Below, one piece after another: positions 1-9,644 of a DNA stretch of 64,000 bases (positions are counted from its first letter, which is position 1; every line of letters begins with the position of its first letter). This DNA comes from Candidatus Omnitrophota bacterium (GTDB lineage Bacteria > Omnitrophota > Gorgyraeia > Zapsychrales > Fredricksoniimonadaceae), in the NCBI GenBank assembly GCA_013286575.1, contig JABDFL010000001.1:9905-73904 (forward strand), given 5' to 3'. The position numbers and the translations under genes were made by a program. The notes beneath the pieces are model-generated. The model made no database searches. It saw only the letters and a list, made by a program, of their open reading frames with translations, and was not told where the DNA came from.

Positions 1-228
1 GACAAGGATTTTAATGTTGTTAAACAGGTGGATATAGCATCGTCAACTCCGCCGGCAGCAACCCCAGCAGCACCGGCAGATCCTGCGCCGGCAGCTGCTT
101 CAGCAGCCCCTGCAACACCTGCCACCCCTGCAACTCCTGCAACCCCATCCCAGGACCAATCCCCTTCAGATCCACCCACATTAAAGGCATTTTTAGGCTC
201 ATTCATTTCAGACCTGAAAAAATCATAA
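1..228 (+). CDS. C-terminal fragment of a protein with an Ala/Pro/Thr-rich linker (5' end outside window)
   Basis: Frame is open from base 1 to TAA 228; contains (PAT)x4 low-complexity tract. Confidence 0.6.
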   Translation, partial: DKDFNVVKQVDIASSTPPAATPAAPADPAPAAASAAPATPATPATPATPSQDQSPSDPPTLKAFLGSFISDLKKS

Positions 229-239
229 ATACTAATACA

Positions 240-268
240 TAGACCGCAGCGTGCTTTTGATGTATACT
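240..268 (+). promoter_or_regulatory. sigma70-like promoter of lpxD
   Basis: TAGACC-17 bp-TATACT, 8 nt before TTG start. Confidence 0.45.
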
Positions 269-276
269 AGCTTATC

Positions 277-1284
277 TTGAAAATCAAAGAGCTGGCCCTT
301 CTTATAGAAGGCACTATCGAAGGTGACGACAATGTCGATATCACGGATTTAAGCGGCATTGAGTCGGCGCGGCAAGGTGACCTGACCTTTGCCATGGATG
401 AAGATAAGTTGGGGCAGGCAGAAGGCAGCCAAACCGTCTGTGTGTTGACGACGAGAAATTCGAGAAAATCCACCAAGACCCTCATCAGGGTCACCAATCC
501 CAAGCTCGCTTTTTTAATCGCTTATAACGCCTTTCATGAAAGTGTATCGGGTGAGTCTTTCATCCATCCGACGGCCGCCATCGCGGACTCCGTCATTTTG
601 GGAAAAAGCGTGCACATAGACGCGCATGTATCCATTGAAGCCAATGTGGTGATCGGCGACCATACAACGGTCGAAAGCGGTGCCGTGATCAGGAAGAATT
701 GCCAGTTAGGCGTGCATTGCCATATACACCCTAATGTGGTGCTCCATGAAAATACGATCTTAAAAAATAAAGTCGTTTTGCACAGCGGTGTGATCGTCGG
801 TTCAGACGGGTTTGGTTATATCAGGGACCGGGAGGAAATTTATAAATTCCCCCAATTAGGCACGGTGGTCATTGAAGACGCTGTGGAAATAGGGGCCAAC
901 ACCACCATTGACAGGGGTTCTTTAGGCTGCACGATGATCGGGGCGGGGACTAAAATAGATAATCTTTGCCATATCGCGCATAATGTGAAAATAGGTAAAA
1001 ATGTGATCATGGCCGCCCAATGCGGCATTGCCGGAAGCACGGTCATTGGGGACAACGTGACGATGAGCGGACAGGTTGCGGTCATTGATAATGTTACTAT
1101 CGGTCAAAATGTGCGCATCGGAGGCCAAAGCGGGATCATTGGCGATATTAAGGACAATGCCGCTATCTGGGGATCGCCTGCCAGAGAGGTCAAACAGACC
1201 AAAAAACAGATGGCTGTGCTTGCCTGGCTTTCCAAGAATTTTAATGCCCTTTCCCAAATAATAAAAGAAAAAGACCAGGGTTGA
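277..1284 (+). CDS. lpxD: UDP-3-O-acyl-glucosamine N-acyltransferase
   Basis: Hexapeptide repeats, [31 protein letters not shown]. Confidence 0.92.
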   Translation: MKIKELALLIEGTIEGDDNVDITDLSGIESARQGDLTFAMDEDKLGQAEGSQTVCVLTTRNSRKSTKTLIRVTNPKLAFLIAYNAFHESVSGESFIHPTAAIADSVILGKSVHIDAHVSIEANVVIGDHTTVESGAVIRKNCQLGVHCHIHPNVVLHENTILKNKVVLHSGVIVGSDGFGYIRDREEIYKFPQLGTVVIEDAVEIGANTTIDRGSLGCTMIGAGTKIDNLCHIAHNVKIGKNVIMAAQCGIAGSTVIGDNVTMSGQVAVIDNVTIGQNVRIGGQSGIIGDIKDNAAIWGSPAREVKQTKKQMAVLAWLSKNFNALSQIIKEKDQG

Positions 1285-1304
1285 TTCCTGGATCAAGGAG
1301 CACT

Positions 1305-1589
1305 ATGAGCATTGAAACTGAAATAGACGGTTGCATCAATAAATGTGGAAAAGGTTACCGTGAGTGGTACGTGGGGGTTGCCGCTGACCCCGATGAACGG
1401 TTGTTTCAAGGGCATAATGTTTCTCAGGATGGCGGGGCATGGATATACCGCGATGCCGGATCAGAATCCATGGCCAAAATCATTGAAGCTATCTTTCATA
1501 AAAAAGGCTGTAAAGGCGGACAGGGCAGTGCTGACAGCCCGCATTATGTCTATGCCTACAGAATGACACGTACGACACGCGGCATATAA
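1305..1589 (+). CDS. Small hypothetical protein (94 aa)
   Basis: AAGGAG RBS before ATG 1305; WYVG..DPDERLF..H and YVYAY motifs. Confidence 0.75.
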   Translation: MSIETEIDGCINKCGKGYREWYVGVAADPDERLFQGHNVSQDGGAWIYRDAGSESMAKIIEAIFHKKGCKGGQGSADSPHYVYAYRMTRTTRGI

Positions 1590-1617
1590 ATCCGGGATTT
1601 CCGCTAAACTGCCCGTC

Positions 1618-1646
1618 TTGACACCTGCCATAGTGGATGGTATACT
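1618..1646 (+). promoter_or_regulatory. sigma70 promoter of the large coiled-coil gene
   Basis: TTGACA-17 bp-TATACT. Confidence 0.65.
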
Positions 1647-1743
1647 TTCCCCCAACATACTGAAATAGGAAAATTTAGACTTCTGTGGAAAAATTATTCT
1701 GACTTCCACTAAAGGCAGCCCTGCTTTTGGTGAACCATTAAGG

Positions 1744-4668
1744 ATGTATTTTATGATGAGAAATTTTGGTATTGGTTTTTTGGTGTTCTGTTTTGTTTTT
1801 TCCAGCGTTAATTTGGGCCTGGCGGCCCAGGTCGTAGAAGTCCCGCCCATCATTGTCGAGCCTTCCTATAATTTAAGTGAAATAAACGAGCAGATGCTTG
1901 AGCAGGACAGGATAAACCGGGACCAGGAATTAGCGATCAAAGGCCTTGCCGAGCAAAACCAGAGTCTCGCCCAGACAGCCCAACAGGACAGCACTCTTGA
2001 TCAAATCAACCAAACCATGCTTAATTACCGCAATGCGCTTTTAGAACGCGACCGCGCCCGTATCATGGCCAATGGCCTGAGGGCTTCCCGGTACGATGAT
2101 CTGATCGCCTTGACTGAAGATGTCGACGGCATGAAAGGCGTCGGCCCGACCTTACAGCTTAAAAGTGACCTGATCGAACAGAAATATAAAATCCTCATGG
2201 ACCTTAAAAATGAGATGGTCGTCCTGAATAAAAAGCTCGAAGAAGAAGCGCTGCATAAGCATTCTGAAAACATAAACCAGGAACAAGCACAAAAAATCCT
2301 GTTCCTCACCCAAAGATTGGCTGAATTGGACCAAAGGGTCTCCCGTTACGACGAGATCTTGGCCGAAAAAGACCAGCAGATCGCCCAATTGAAATTTAGT
2401 TTAGCCGGGGCCCGAAAAGAGGCCGCGGGTAAAGATATCCAGTTAGGCCAATTGAGGCTGCAGTTGTCCCAAACACAGACCCAGGTGGGTTTATTAAAAT
2501 CAGAACTTGAGAACAGGATCGCCCGAGAGAATAATCAGGACCAGGAGAGCTCTGCCCAAAAAGCCCAAGTGGACCAATTGAAAATGCAGTTGTCCCAAAA
2601 ACAGGCCCAGGTGGATTTATTAAAATCAGAACTTGAGAATAAGATCACCGAAGAGAATAATCAAGGCCAAGAGGCTTCCGCCAAAGATGAGATGGTCAAA
2701 CAGCAGCGCGATCAGATAACTGTTTTGAAGGCACAGGCGCAGGAATTATCTTCTAAAGAAGAGCTGATGCAATCACAGGCAGACCAAATGGCCAAGGAAT
2801 TAGGATTATACAAGGACCAGGGCACGGCGTATGCCAGCCTGCAGGCCGAGTTTATGGCTTTAAAAAATAAAATCAGCAGCCAGGCCGTTGATTTAAAAAT
2901 CAAGAATGAATCCATCCGCTGGTTAAACCAGGTCCTGGCCGTTACCAAAAACAAGGCGGAATATTATAGGTTGACTGCCCAGCAGGACCGCATGACGATG
3001 CGGCAAGTCCAGGATGCAGTGCTGAAGGTCAAGGATGATTTTACCCGGCATTTTAAGGATTACGATCAATTTGAAAATGCCATTATTTCCTTAAAGGAGC
3101 AGGTGGGCCGTATGGGCGGGTTATTATCCCAAAAGCAGGAGCAGGTGGAACTGTTAACACAGTCACAGCAGGAGCTAAAGGCCCAGCTTCGGGAAAAAGA
3201 AAATCAAATAGACGATCGCATCAGCTTGGCCAAACATTTGATCGCCCTGCAGCAGCAGGAAGCATCTTTATTGCAGGAGAAAGGCAGCCTCGAGGCAAGT
3301 CAAAACGACCTTTTTGACAGGCATTTCCTTGATCTTGAGAAGAAAATCAAGGGCTTGGCTGCCAATCACCAACTTCAGGCCATGGATCTGCAAAGCCGTA
3401 TGGAAGAATTGAGAGAAGAACTTGAGCTTAAAGAGCAGCAGGGGAAGTCGCTCAGGACAGAATTAGAAAATAAGATTGCCGACGAGAAAAACCAAAGCGT
3501 GCTGGCCTCCCAGATCCAGGATTTGGAAGCCCAGCTCCAGGATAAGGAAAACCAGATCAGCGCCATGAAAACGGAAATCCAGTCAGGCCGGGAGACACAA
3601 GACCAAACAGACACCCTGAGGCAGCAATTGGCGGACCAGCAGAATAAAGCGGATGTACTAAAGCAGGAGCTAGACAGTAAGAATGCCCAATCCGACAAAA
3701 TGACCCTGATGATCTCCGATTATCAGCAAAAACTGGAGTCCAAGGACAATGCCTATAATGAAGAATTGCAGCAGGTGCTGGATTCCAAAAATGCCCAGGC
3801 CCAGATGGAAGGGCAGATCGTTGATTTAAATGCCCGGCTGCAGCAAAAAGAGGCGCAGATCGTCGAGATTAAAAAGAACTTGTACGATTTACAGCAATCA
3901 ATGGGGGCCAGGGACAGGGAGTCCCAAACCCATGATCTAAGCCTTTCCATAATGCAGCAGAAAATGCTGGATGGGAAGATCAATGAATATCAGGACAAAA
4001 TAAATGGATTGCAGGCAACCAATGACAGGCAGGCAGGGCAGGTGGCAAAACTTAAAGCTGATTTGGCACTGGCCCGCCAGCAGCTGGTCGGCGGCATGCC
4101 CAGCAGCGACGAGATTGATTTCCTGAGGGCAGGGCTTAATAAGGCCGCCCTGCAGTTAAAGCAAAAAGATGCGATGCTTTTACAAATCAAGGCCAATGCC
4201 GATGAGTATGAAAAAGAATTCAAGGAGCAGACCCAGGAATTTTTAAGCTTAAAGGAGCAGTTGCAAAATGCCCTGGATAAAATCAGCCGCAAGGATGAAG
4301 ACCTGACATACAAAAACATGGAAATAATCCGCCTCAAAGAGCGTTCCCATAATTTGGGGAATGGTGATTTGCAAAACCAGGTGAGGGTATTGACCCGGAA
4401 GCTTGAGGCTGCCGAGAAAAGACTCCGCAGTAAAACCTATGGGGGCGGGAAAGCAGGGATACTGGAAGGCCAGTTAGAGGACGCCAACGAACAGATCAAA
4501 GAGCTCCATGCCCAGTTAAATGAGTTCATCCTACCTGCCAAAAGCGATGCCCTTAGGGAAAAATTAAAACAGGCTTTGGATAAAGTTGATCAACAGGGAC
4601 ATATGATCAATGTCTTGGTCCAGAAATTGCAGGACGCCGGGAAGAGTGTCAATCTCAGCCAACTGTAG
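1744..4668 (+). CDS. Exported long coiled-coil protein (974 aa)
   Basis: Signal-peptide-like N-terminus; Q/E/K/L heptad-rich throughout; no Walker motifs. Confidence 0.8.
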   Translation: MYFMMRNFGIGFLVFCFVFSSVNLGLAAQVVEVPPIIVEPSYNLSEINEQMLEQDRINRDQELAIKGLAEQNQSLAQTAQQDSTLDQINQTMLNYRNALLERDRARIMANGLRASRYDDLIALTEDVDGMKGVGPTLQLKSDLIEQKYKILMDLKNEMVVLNKKLEEEALHKHSENINQEQAQKILFLTQRLAELDQRVSRYDEILAEKDQQIAQLKFSLAGARKEAAGKDIQLGQLRLQLSQTQTQVGLLKSELENRIARENNQDQESSAQKAQVDQLKMQLSQKQAQVDLLKSELENKITEENNQGQEASAKDEMVKQQRDQITVLKAQAQELSSKEELMQSQADQMAKELGLYKDQGTAYASLQAEFMALKNKISSQAVDLKIKNESIRWLNQVLAVTKNKAEYYRLTAQQDRMTMRQVQDAVLKVKDDFTRHFKDYDQFENAIISLKEQVGRMGGLLSQKQEQVELLTQSQQELKAQLREKENQIDDRISLAKHLIALQQQEASLLQEKGSLEASQNDLFDRHFLDLEKKIKGLAANHQLQAMDLQSRMEELREELELKEQQGKSLRTELENKIADEKNQSVLASQIQDLEAQLQDKENQISAMKTEIQSGRETQDQTDTLRQQLADQQNKADVLKQELDSKNAQSDKMTLMISDYQQKLESKDNAYNEELQQVLDSKNAQAQMEGQIVDLNARLQQKEAQIVEIKKNLYDLQQSMGARDRESQTHDLSLSIMQQKMLDGKINEYQDKINGLQATNDRQAGQVAKLKADLALARQQLVGGMPSSDEIDFLRAGLNKAALQLKQKDAMLLQIKANADEYEKEFKEQTQEFLSLKEQLQNALDKISRKDEDLTYKNMEIIRLKERSHNLGNGDLQNQVRVLTRKLEAAEKRLRSKTYGGGKAGILEGQLEDANEQIKELHAQLNEFILPAKSDALREKLKQALDKVDQQGHMINVLVQKLQDAGKSVNLSQL
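2449..2673 (+). repeat. Intragenic direct repeat, 126-bp (42-aa) period, two copies
   Basis: CAATTGA..CAGTTGTCCCAAA..CCCAGGTGG.TTTATTAAAATCAGAACTTGAGAA begins at 2449 and at 2575. Confidence 0.85.
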
Positions 4669-5014
4669 CGCGGACCTTTTCTAATAAGTCCGGGGTGTTG
4701 ACAGGTTTTAAGAGGTAGGCTTTGATCCTGTGCCGTTTAAACAATGGCTCTGTCTTGCTTTCGGCAGTCAGGACAATGACGGGGATTGCGGCAATGGCAG
4801 GGTCGCTGTTTTTCTTCATGATAAAGGTATAGCCATCCATCTTGGGCATGTGCACGTCCAACAAAATCAGGTCCGGTATTTTCTTCTTCAATACTTCCAA
4901 AGCTTGCTCGCCATCTTCAGCCGAAATGACATCATACCCATTGCTTTGGAGCGTGTGTTTAATAAGATCAACATTGACACGATCGTCATCCACCACAAAA
5001 ATACATTTAGGCAT
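4655..5014 (-). CDS. Single-domain response regulator (CheY-like)
   Basis: VVDDD, LLDVHMPKMDG, VLTA, YLLKP. Confidence 0.92.
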   Translation of the reverse strand: MPKCIFVVDDDRVNVDLIKHTLQSNGYDVISAEDGEQALEVLKKKIPDLILLDVHMPKMDGYTFIMKKNSDPAIAAIPVIVLTAESKTEPLFKRHRIKAYLLKPVNTPDLLEKVRATVG

Positions 5015-5189
5015 CAGTTTTTAGTCCTTATTTTATTTCCGCGTTGGCTTTGTTCCCCGGATTCTATCTTTTACTAAATTACCGGGCTTGTCAACGTTTT
5101 TAAAAACAGTTTTTGACCGGCCTCATCGTTCATTTTTGTCCAAAGATCTGTAACCGACAGCCTCGGCGATATGCGGGGCTTCGATGGTT

Positions 5190-5216
5190 CCATTATACCT
5201 CCGGGAGGTGTAATGG
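5190..5216. repeat. 27-bp REP-like palindrome over the RAYT stop codon
   Basis: CCATTATACCTCC-G-GGAGGTGTAATGG. Confidence 0.75.
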
Positions 5217-5714
5217 TGTGGAAGCAGAAGAATAGGGCCACTCTTCAGGCGTTTTTATAATATTTTCTTTAACAGGATTGTAATGCACGTATTGGATCCG
5301 GTTATTCAATCCCTTTATATCCAGAATGATTCGGTTGCCAAATCGATTTTGCCATAATGGTCCCCGCCGATTGTGTCTTAAGTTGAAATAATTGGAATAA
5401 GCATTTAATGTCCTTCGCATAAAGGTTTCAATTCCCTTATTTTCCAATTGTTGAAGTATGAAATGGACGTGGGTGGGCATTAGGCAGAAAGCAATGATGT
5501 TTACTAAAGGGACCATTACACCTCCGGGTGGTGTGATGGCGGTTCTTTTTATTACGTAACTAAAAGGCCTGATATGTCCGTCATATCTGTAGTATTCCAT
5601 TAGCCCCAGCATTCTTTGGTATTCTTCTTTACAACTGAAGATCGTATACCCGTAGATGCTTTTGTTATAAATGTGATGGAATGATTTATTTTCAAAAGGA
5701 CAAAGGCGTTTCAT
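5193..5714 (-). mobile_element. REP-associated tyrosine transposase (RAYT, Y1 HUH)
   Basis: FCLMPTHVHF (HUH), GPLWQNRF, YVHYNPVK (catalytic Tyr), WPYSS; AT-rich. Confidence 0.85.
5513..5539. repeat. Second copy of the 27-bp palindrome, in-frame inside RAYT
   Basis: CCATTACACCTCC-G-GGTGGTGTGATGG. Confidence 0.75.
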
Positions 5715-5720
5715 ATATTT

Positions 5721-7247
5721 TTAAAAAGAAGCCCTATCCAACGACCGGTATCCAACGGCTTCAGCAATATGTTCGGGTAAGATAACATCACTTCCAGCCA
5801 AGTCACTGATGGTGCGGGCGATTTTAAGGATTTTATCGTGCGCCCTTGCTGAGAATTTCAGTTCCTCCATGGCTGAGACCAATATCCTTTTGGCTTCTTT
5901 TGTAAGAGCACAAAAATTGCGCAAGTGCGCGCTTTCCATGTGGGCGTTGCATAAGACGGGTTGGCCCTGGAATCTCTGCCATTGCAGCTGGCGCGCCCGG
6001 GTGGTGCGCGCTTTGATGGCCAGGGACGTCTCTTCCAGGGGGACATCGATGAGTTCACGGGTTTTTAAAGGCAGGGCGTGCAAATGGATGTCGATGCGGT
6101 CGAGCAGGGGGCCGGAAATTTTTTGCCGGTAACGCTCAACCTGCAGGGAAGAGCAGCGGCAAATTTTTCCTGCCACGTCCTTCCAGCCGCACGGGCACGG
6201 GTTCATCGCCGCAAGGAGCATAAAGCGGGTGGGAAATCGTAAACTCCCCCTGGAGCGCGCGATGGTGACATACCCGTCTTCTAAGGGCTGTCTCAAAACT
6301 TCCAGCACATGGCGGTTGAATTCCAGGAATTCATCCAGGAATAAAACGCCGTTATGCGCCAGGGTCACTTCACCCGGGCGGGGCCCGCTGCCGCCGCCGA
6401 TAATGGCCGTGTCCGAGGCCGTGTGATGAGGTGCCCTAAAGGGGCGCTGGGTGATAATACCGTCGGTGTTTCTAAGCAGGCCGGCCACCGAATGGATCTG
6501 GGTGGTTTGCAGCACTTCGGCCGGCGTCATGTCCGGTAAAATGGTGGGCAGGCGTTTGGCCAGCATGGTCTTGCCGCTGCCGGGAGCGCCGATGAGCAGG
6601 ACATTATGCCCGCCGGCAGCTGCTACCTCAAGGCCCCGTTTAAGGGATTGCTGGGCCTTGACTTCGCTAAAATCCAAACGGCTGGGACGGGAATTCTTAA
6701 GCAGGAAATCAAAATCTGTTTTTACAGGCGTCAGCGTTTGCGGGTCCATTAAAAAAGCCACCACTTCGTTTAAATGCCGCGCAGGGAAAACCGGACAGCC
6801 GGCCAGGGCCGCTTCTTTGGCATTTTCAAAAGGAACTATAAGGCCCCGGCAATTACTGGAGGCCGCAGCCAGCGCAACAGACAAAGCACCCTGCACAGGC
6901 TGTACGCGTCCGTCCAAAGAAAGTTCACCTAAAAAAGCATACGGGTCTAAAGCCTCCTGAGATATTAAGCCCTGTGCTGCCAAAACACCCAGGGCAATGG
7001 CCAGATCATAACAGGCCCCTTGCTTTTTGGTGTCCGCAGGCGATAAATTGATGGTGATCCTTTGGGTGGGAAATTCAAAGTCGCTGTTTTTGATGGCCGC
7101 GCGGATGCGCTCACGGCTTTCTTTAACAGCATTGTCCGGCAAGCCGACAACGATGGTGTTGGGTAATCCAGCGCTTATATCCGTTTCAATGGCAACAGGA
7201 TAGGCTTCCAGGCCGCAAAGGCCAAACGAAGAGATTCGGGCTAGCAT
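5721..7247 (-). CDS. comM: YifB/ComM Mg-chelatase-like AAA+ ATPase
   Basis: VGLPDNAVKESRER, GAPGSGKT, FRAPHH, LFLDE, AAMNPCPCG; start at MLARI. Confidence 0.92.
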   Translation of the reverse strand: MLARISSFGLCGLEAYPVAIETDISAGLPNTIVVGLPDNAVKESRERIRAAIKNSDFEFPTQRITINLSPADTKKQGACYDLAIALGVLAAQGLISQEALDPYAFLGELSLDGRVQPVQGALSVALAAASSNCRGLIVPFENAKEAALAGCPVFPARHLNEVVAFLMDPQTLTPVKTDFDFLLKNSRPSRLDFSEVKAQQSLKRGLEVAAAGGHNVLLIGAPGSGKTMLAKRLPTILPDMTPAEVLQTTQIHSVAGLLRNTDGIITQRPFRAPHHTASDTAIIGGGSGPRPGEVTLAHNGVLFLDEFLEFNRHVLEVLRQPLEDGYVTIARSRGSLRFPTRFMLLAAMNPCPCGWKDVAGKICRCSSLQVERYRQKISGPLLDRIDIHLHALPLKTRELIDVPLEETSLAIKARTTRARQLQWQRFQGQPVLCNAHMESAHLRNFCALTKEAKRILVSAMEELKFSARAHDKILKIARTISDLAGSDVILPEHIAEAVGYRSLDRASF

Positions 7248-7381
7248 ATGAAGTCCACTATGGTAGGGGGAATTAACGGTCACACAACGCTTGCTTGGGG
7301 GAAGCAAGCATCACTTGCTTTTTTGAAGAGCAAGGATATAATGTAAGCCTAACATAAACAGGATTATCCGTCAAATTTTTC

Positions 7382-7843
7382 ATGCTAGGCCTATACCCAC
7401 ATTCGTTTTTTCCGGAGATATTTGATAACCGGATCCTTTTGATCACCTTGCTCGTTTGGGTCCTGGCCCAGATGATCAAGGTCCTTTTGGGGATTTTGAA
7501 GGAGAAACGGTTTAATTTCCGTTGGTTTATCGGCACCGGCGGCATGCCTTCCAGCCACGCGGCCGGAGCGTCGGCGTTGGCGACCTCGGTAGGGTTGGAA
7601 TACGGTTTTAACAGCCCTTTGTTTGCAGTAGCCGCTTCTTTTGCCATCGTAACGATGTTTGATGCCCAGGGGGTGCGCCGCGCCACAGGTTATCAGGCCA
7701 CCATCCTTAATAAAATGATGGATGATATTTATTCCAAAGGCCAGGTTGAAGAGCAAAGGCTTAAAGAATTAGTGGGGCATACGCCCAGGGAAGTGTTGGC
7801 AGGGTTTATTTTTGGCGTTATTTGCGCCATGATTTTATACTAG
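7382..7843 (+). CDS. Divergent PAP2 (DUF212) family membrane protein
   Basis: GGMPSSH, DAQGVRR, LKELVGHTP. Confidence 0.9.
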   Translation: MLGLYPHSFFPEIFDNRILLITLLVWVLAQMIKVLLGILKEKRFNFRWFIGTGGMPSSHAAGASALATSVGLEYGFNSPLFAVAASFAIVTMFDAQGVRRATGYQATILNKMMDDIYSKGQVEEQRLKELVGHTPREVLAGFIFGVICAMILY

Positions 7844-7851
7844 GAGGACCC

Positions 7852-8676
7852 ATGAACCAGAAGATTTTAGTCGGTATTGTAGCAGCCATTGTATTAGTCG
7901 TTGGCACCGTCGTCGTGCTTCATCAACACAAAGCAGCAGCTGCTGCCCAGGATTCCGAGGAAACAAACGTCCCAGTTAACCAGCTCTTAGACCAGGCATC
8001 CAAGTACGAGGCCGATGGGGACAAACTTAAAGCCAAGGAAGCTTATGACCAAATCATCAGTAATTATCCGGATTATGAAAAGATCGAAGACGTGCAGGAC
8101 AAACTTGGCGCATTGAACATCGACCTTATTTTTTCTCCCGCCCAAATGCCCCAAACTATTTCTTATGAAATCGTCCCCGGGGATTCTTTAGGGAAATTGG
8201 CGCGGAAATTCGGCACCACGACCCAGCTTATCAAAAGGGCCAACGGGCTCAAGAGTGATGTGATCCGCACAGGCGAGACGCTGCGGATATGGACGGCACC
8301 CTTTAATATCCTGATCAACAAATCACAGAATGTCCTGTTCCTCAAGTCCGGCGAAGAGGTGCTTAAAATTTATCATGTGTCGACGGGAAAGGACAATATT
8401 ACGCCGGTGGGTTCCTTTAAGATCGCCAGCAAAATAGAAAATCCGGTATGGTATAGAAATGGAGGGGCGCCCATTCCCTCTGAAAGCCCTGAGAATGAAT
8501 TAGGCAGCCGTTGGATGGGTTTTGATAAAGACCCGCATTACGGCATCCACGGCACCCTTCATCCCGAATCCATCGGGCAGCAGGTGACGGCCGGCTGTGT
8601 CCGCCTGAAGAACGAGGATGTCGAGGAGCTTTTTGACATCGTACCCGTCGGGACTGAAGTGACCATCCAAAATTAA
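7852..8676 (+). CDS. Membrane-anchored L,D-transpeptidase with LysM domain
   Basis: N-terminal TM; LysM (GDSLGKLARKF); YGIHGT..GQQVTAGCVRL; GGAGG RBS. Confidence 0.9.
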   Translation: MNQKILVGIVAAIVLVVGTVVVLHQHKAAAAAQDSEETNVPVNQLLDQASKYEADGDKLKAKEAYDQIISNYPDYEKIEDVQDKLGALNIDLIFSPAQMPQTISYEIVPGDSLGKLARKFGTTTQLIKRANGLKSDVIRTGETLRIWTAPFNILINKSQNVLFLKSGEEVLKIYHVSTGKDNITPVGSFKIASKIENPVWYRNGGAPIPSESPENELGSRWMGFDKDPHYGIHGTLHPESIGQQVTAGCVRLKNEDVEELFDIVPVGTEVTIQN

Positions 8677-8690
8677 TTTTAAGGACATTT

Positions 8691-9644
8691 ATGGCAACAC
8701 TGGATTTTGAAAAACCGATCCTTGAGCTGGAACATAAAATCAATGACTTGCGCCAAATGGGCTCCAAGCGGGTGACCCTTGAGCCTGAGATCAAGCGCCT
8801 GGAGTCTAAGCTCGAGAAGCTTAAAAACGACGTCTATAACAACATGACCTCCTGGCAGCGTGTGCAGATCGCGCGCCACCCCAAACGCCCCTATACGCTT
8901 GATTATATCCGTATGATGACCGATGAATTCCTGGAATTGCACGGCGACAGGCTTTTTGCCGACGATATGGCCATGATCGGCGGCTTTGCCAAGATCGACG
9001 GGCAGAAGGTGATGGTCATAGGCCACCAGAAGGGCCGTGACGTTAAAGAAAATGTTTTACGTAATTTCGGCTGCGCGCATCCGGAAGGTTACCGCAAGGC
9101 CATGCGATTGATGCGCCTGGCTGCCAAGTTCCAGGTGCCGGTCGTTTGCCTGATCGATACGCCGGGCGCCTACCCGGGCATCGGCGCGGAAGAGCGCGGG
9201 CAGGCCCAGGCCATTGCTGAAAATTTGCGCGACATGGCCGGCGTCAGGACGCCTATCGCCGCGGTCATCATCGGTGAGGGTGGCAGCGGCGGGGCCTTGG
9301 GGATAGGGGTGGCAGACCACATTTTTATTTTGCAGCACGCCTATTATTCTGTCATCTCTCCTGAAGGCTGCGCCTCCATCCTTTGGCGCAGTTCTTTAAA
9401 AGCCCCGCAGGCCGCGGAAGCCCTGAAGCTTCACGGGGAAGATTTGATCAAATTCAATATTGTGGATGAAATCATCCCTGAGCCCTTGGGCGGCGCCCAC
9501 CGTGAGCCGCAGGAAGTGGCCCTTTTGTTAAAGACGGCGCTCATTAAGTATTTTAAGAAAGCATCCTCTTTAAGTCCTCAAGAACTTCTCAACGCCCGTT
9601 ACAAAAAATACCGTAATATCGGTGAATTCATCGAGAAAAAATGA
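8691..9644 (+). CDS. accA: Acetyl-CoA carboxylase carboxyltransferase alpha subunit
   Basis: LDFEKPI, ARHPKRP, GEGGSGGAL, YSVISPEGCA. Confidence 0.97.
   Translation: MATLDFEKPILELEHKINDLRQMGSKRVTLEPEIKRLESKLEKLKNDVYNNMTSWQRVQIARHPKRPYTLDYIRMMTDEFLELHGDRLFADDMAMIGGFAKIDGQKVMVIGHQKGRDVKENVLRNFGCAHPEGYRKAMRLMRLAAKFQVPVVCLIDTPGAYPGIGAEERGQAQAIAENLRDMAGVRTPIAAVIIGEGGSGGALGIGVADHIFILQHAYYSVISPEGCASILWRSSLKAPQAAEALKLHGEDLIKFNIVDEIIPEPLGGAHREPQEVALLLKTALIKYFKKASSLSPQELLNARYKKYRNIGEFIEKK

Noticed and set aside
106-148. 9-bp tandem repeats
   Set aside because: They simply encode a PAT linker
1744-4668. SMC/SbcC ATPase
   Set aside because: No Walker A/B or hinge, and it has a signal peptide
5193-5714. 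Complete IS200/IS605 element
   Set aside because: No tnpB, no room for an upstream element end (6 bp from comM), and the motifs are RAYT-type
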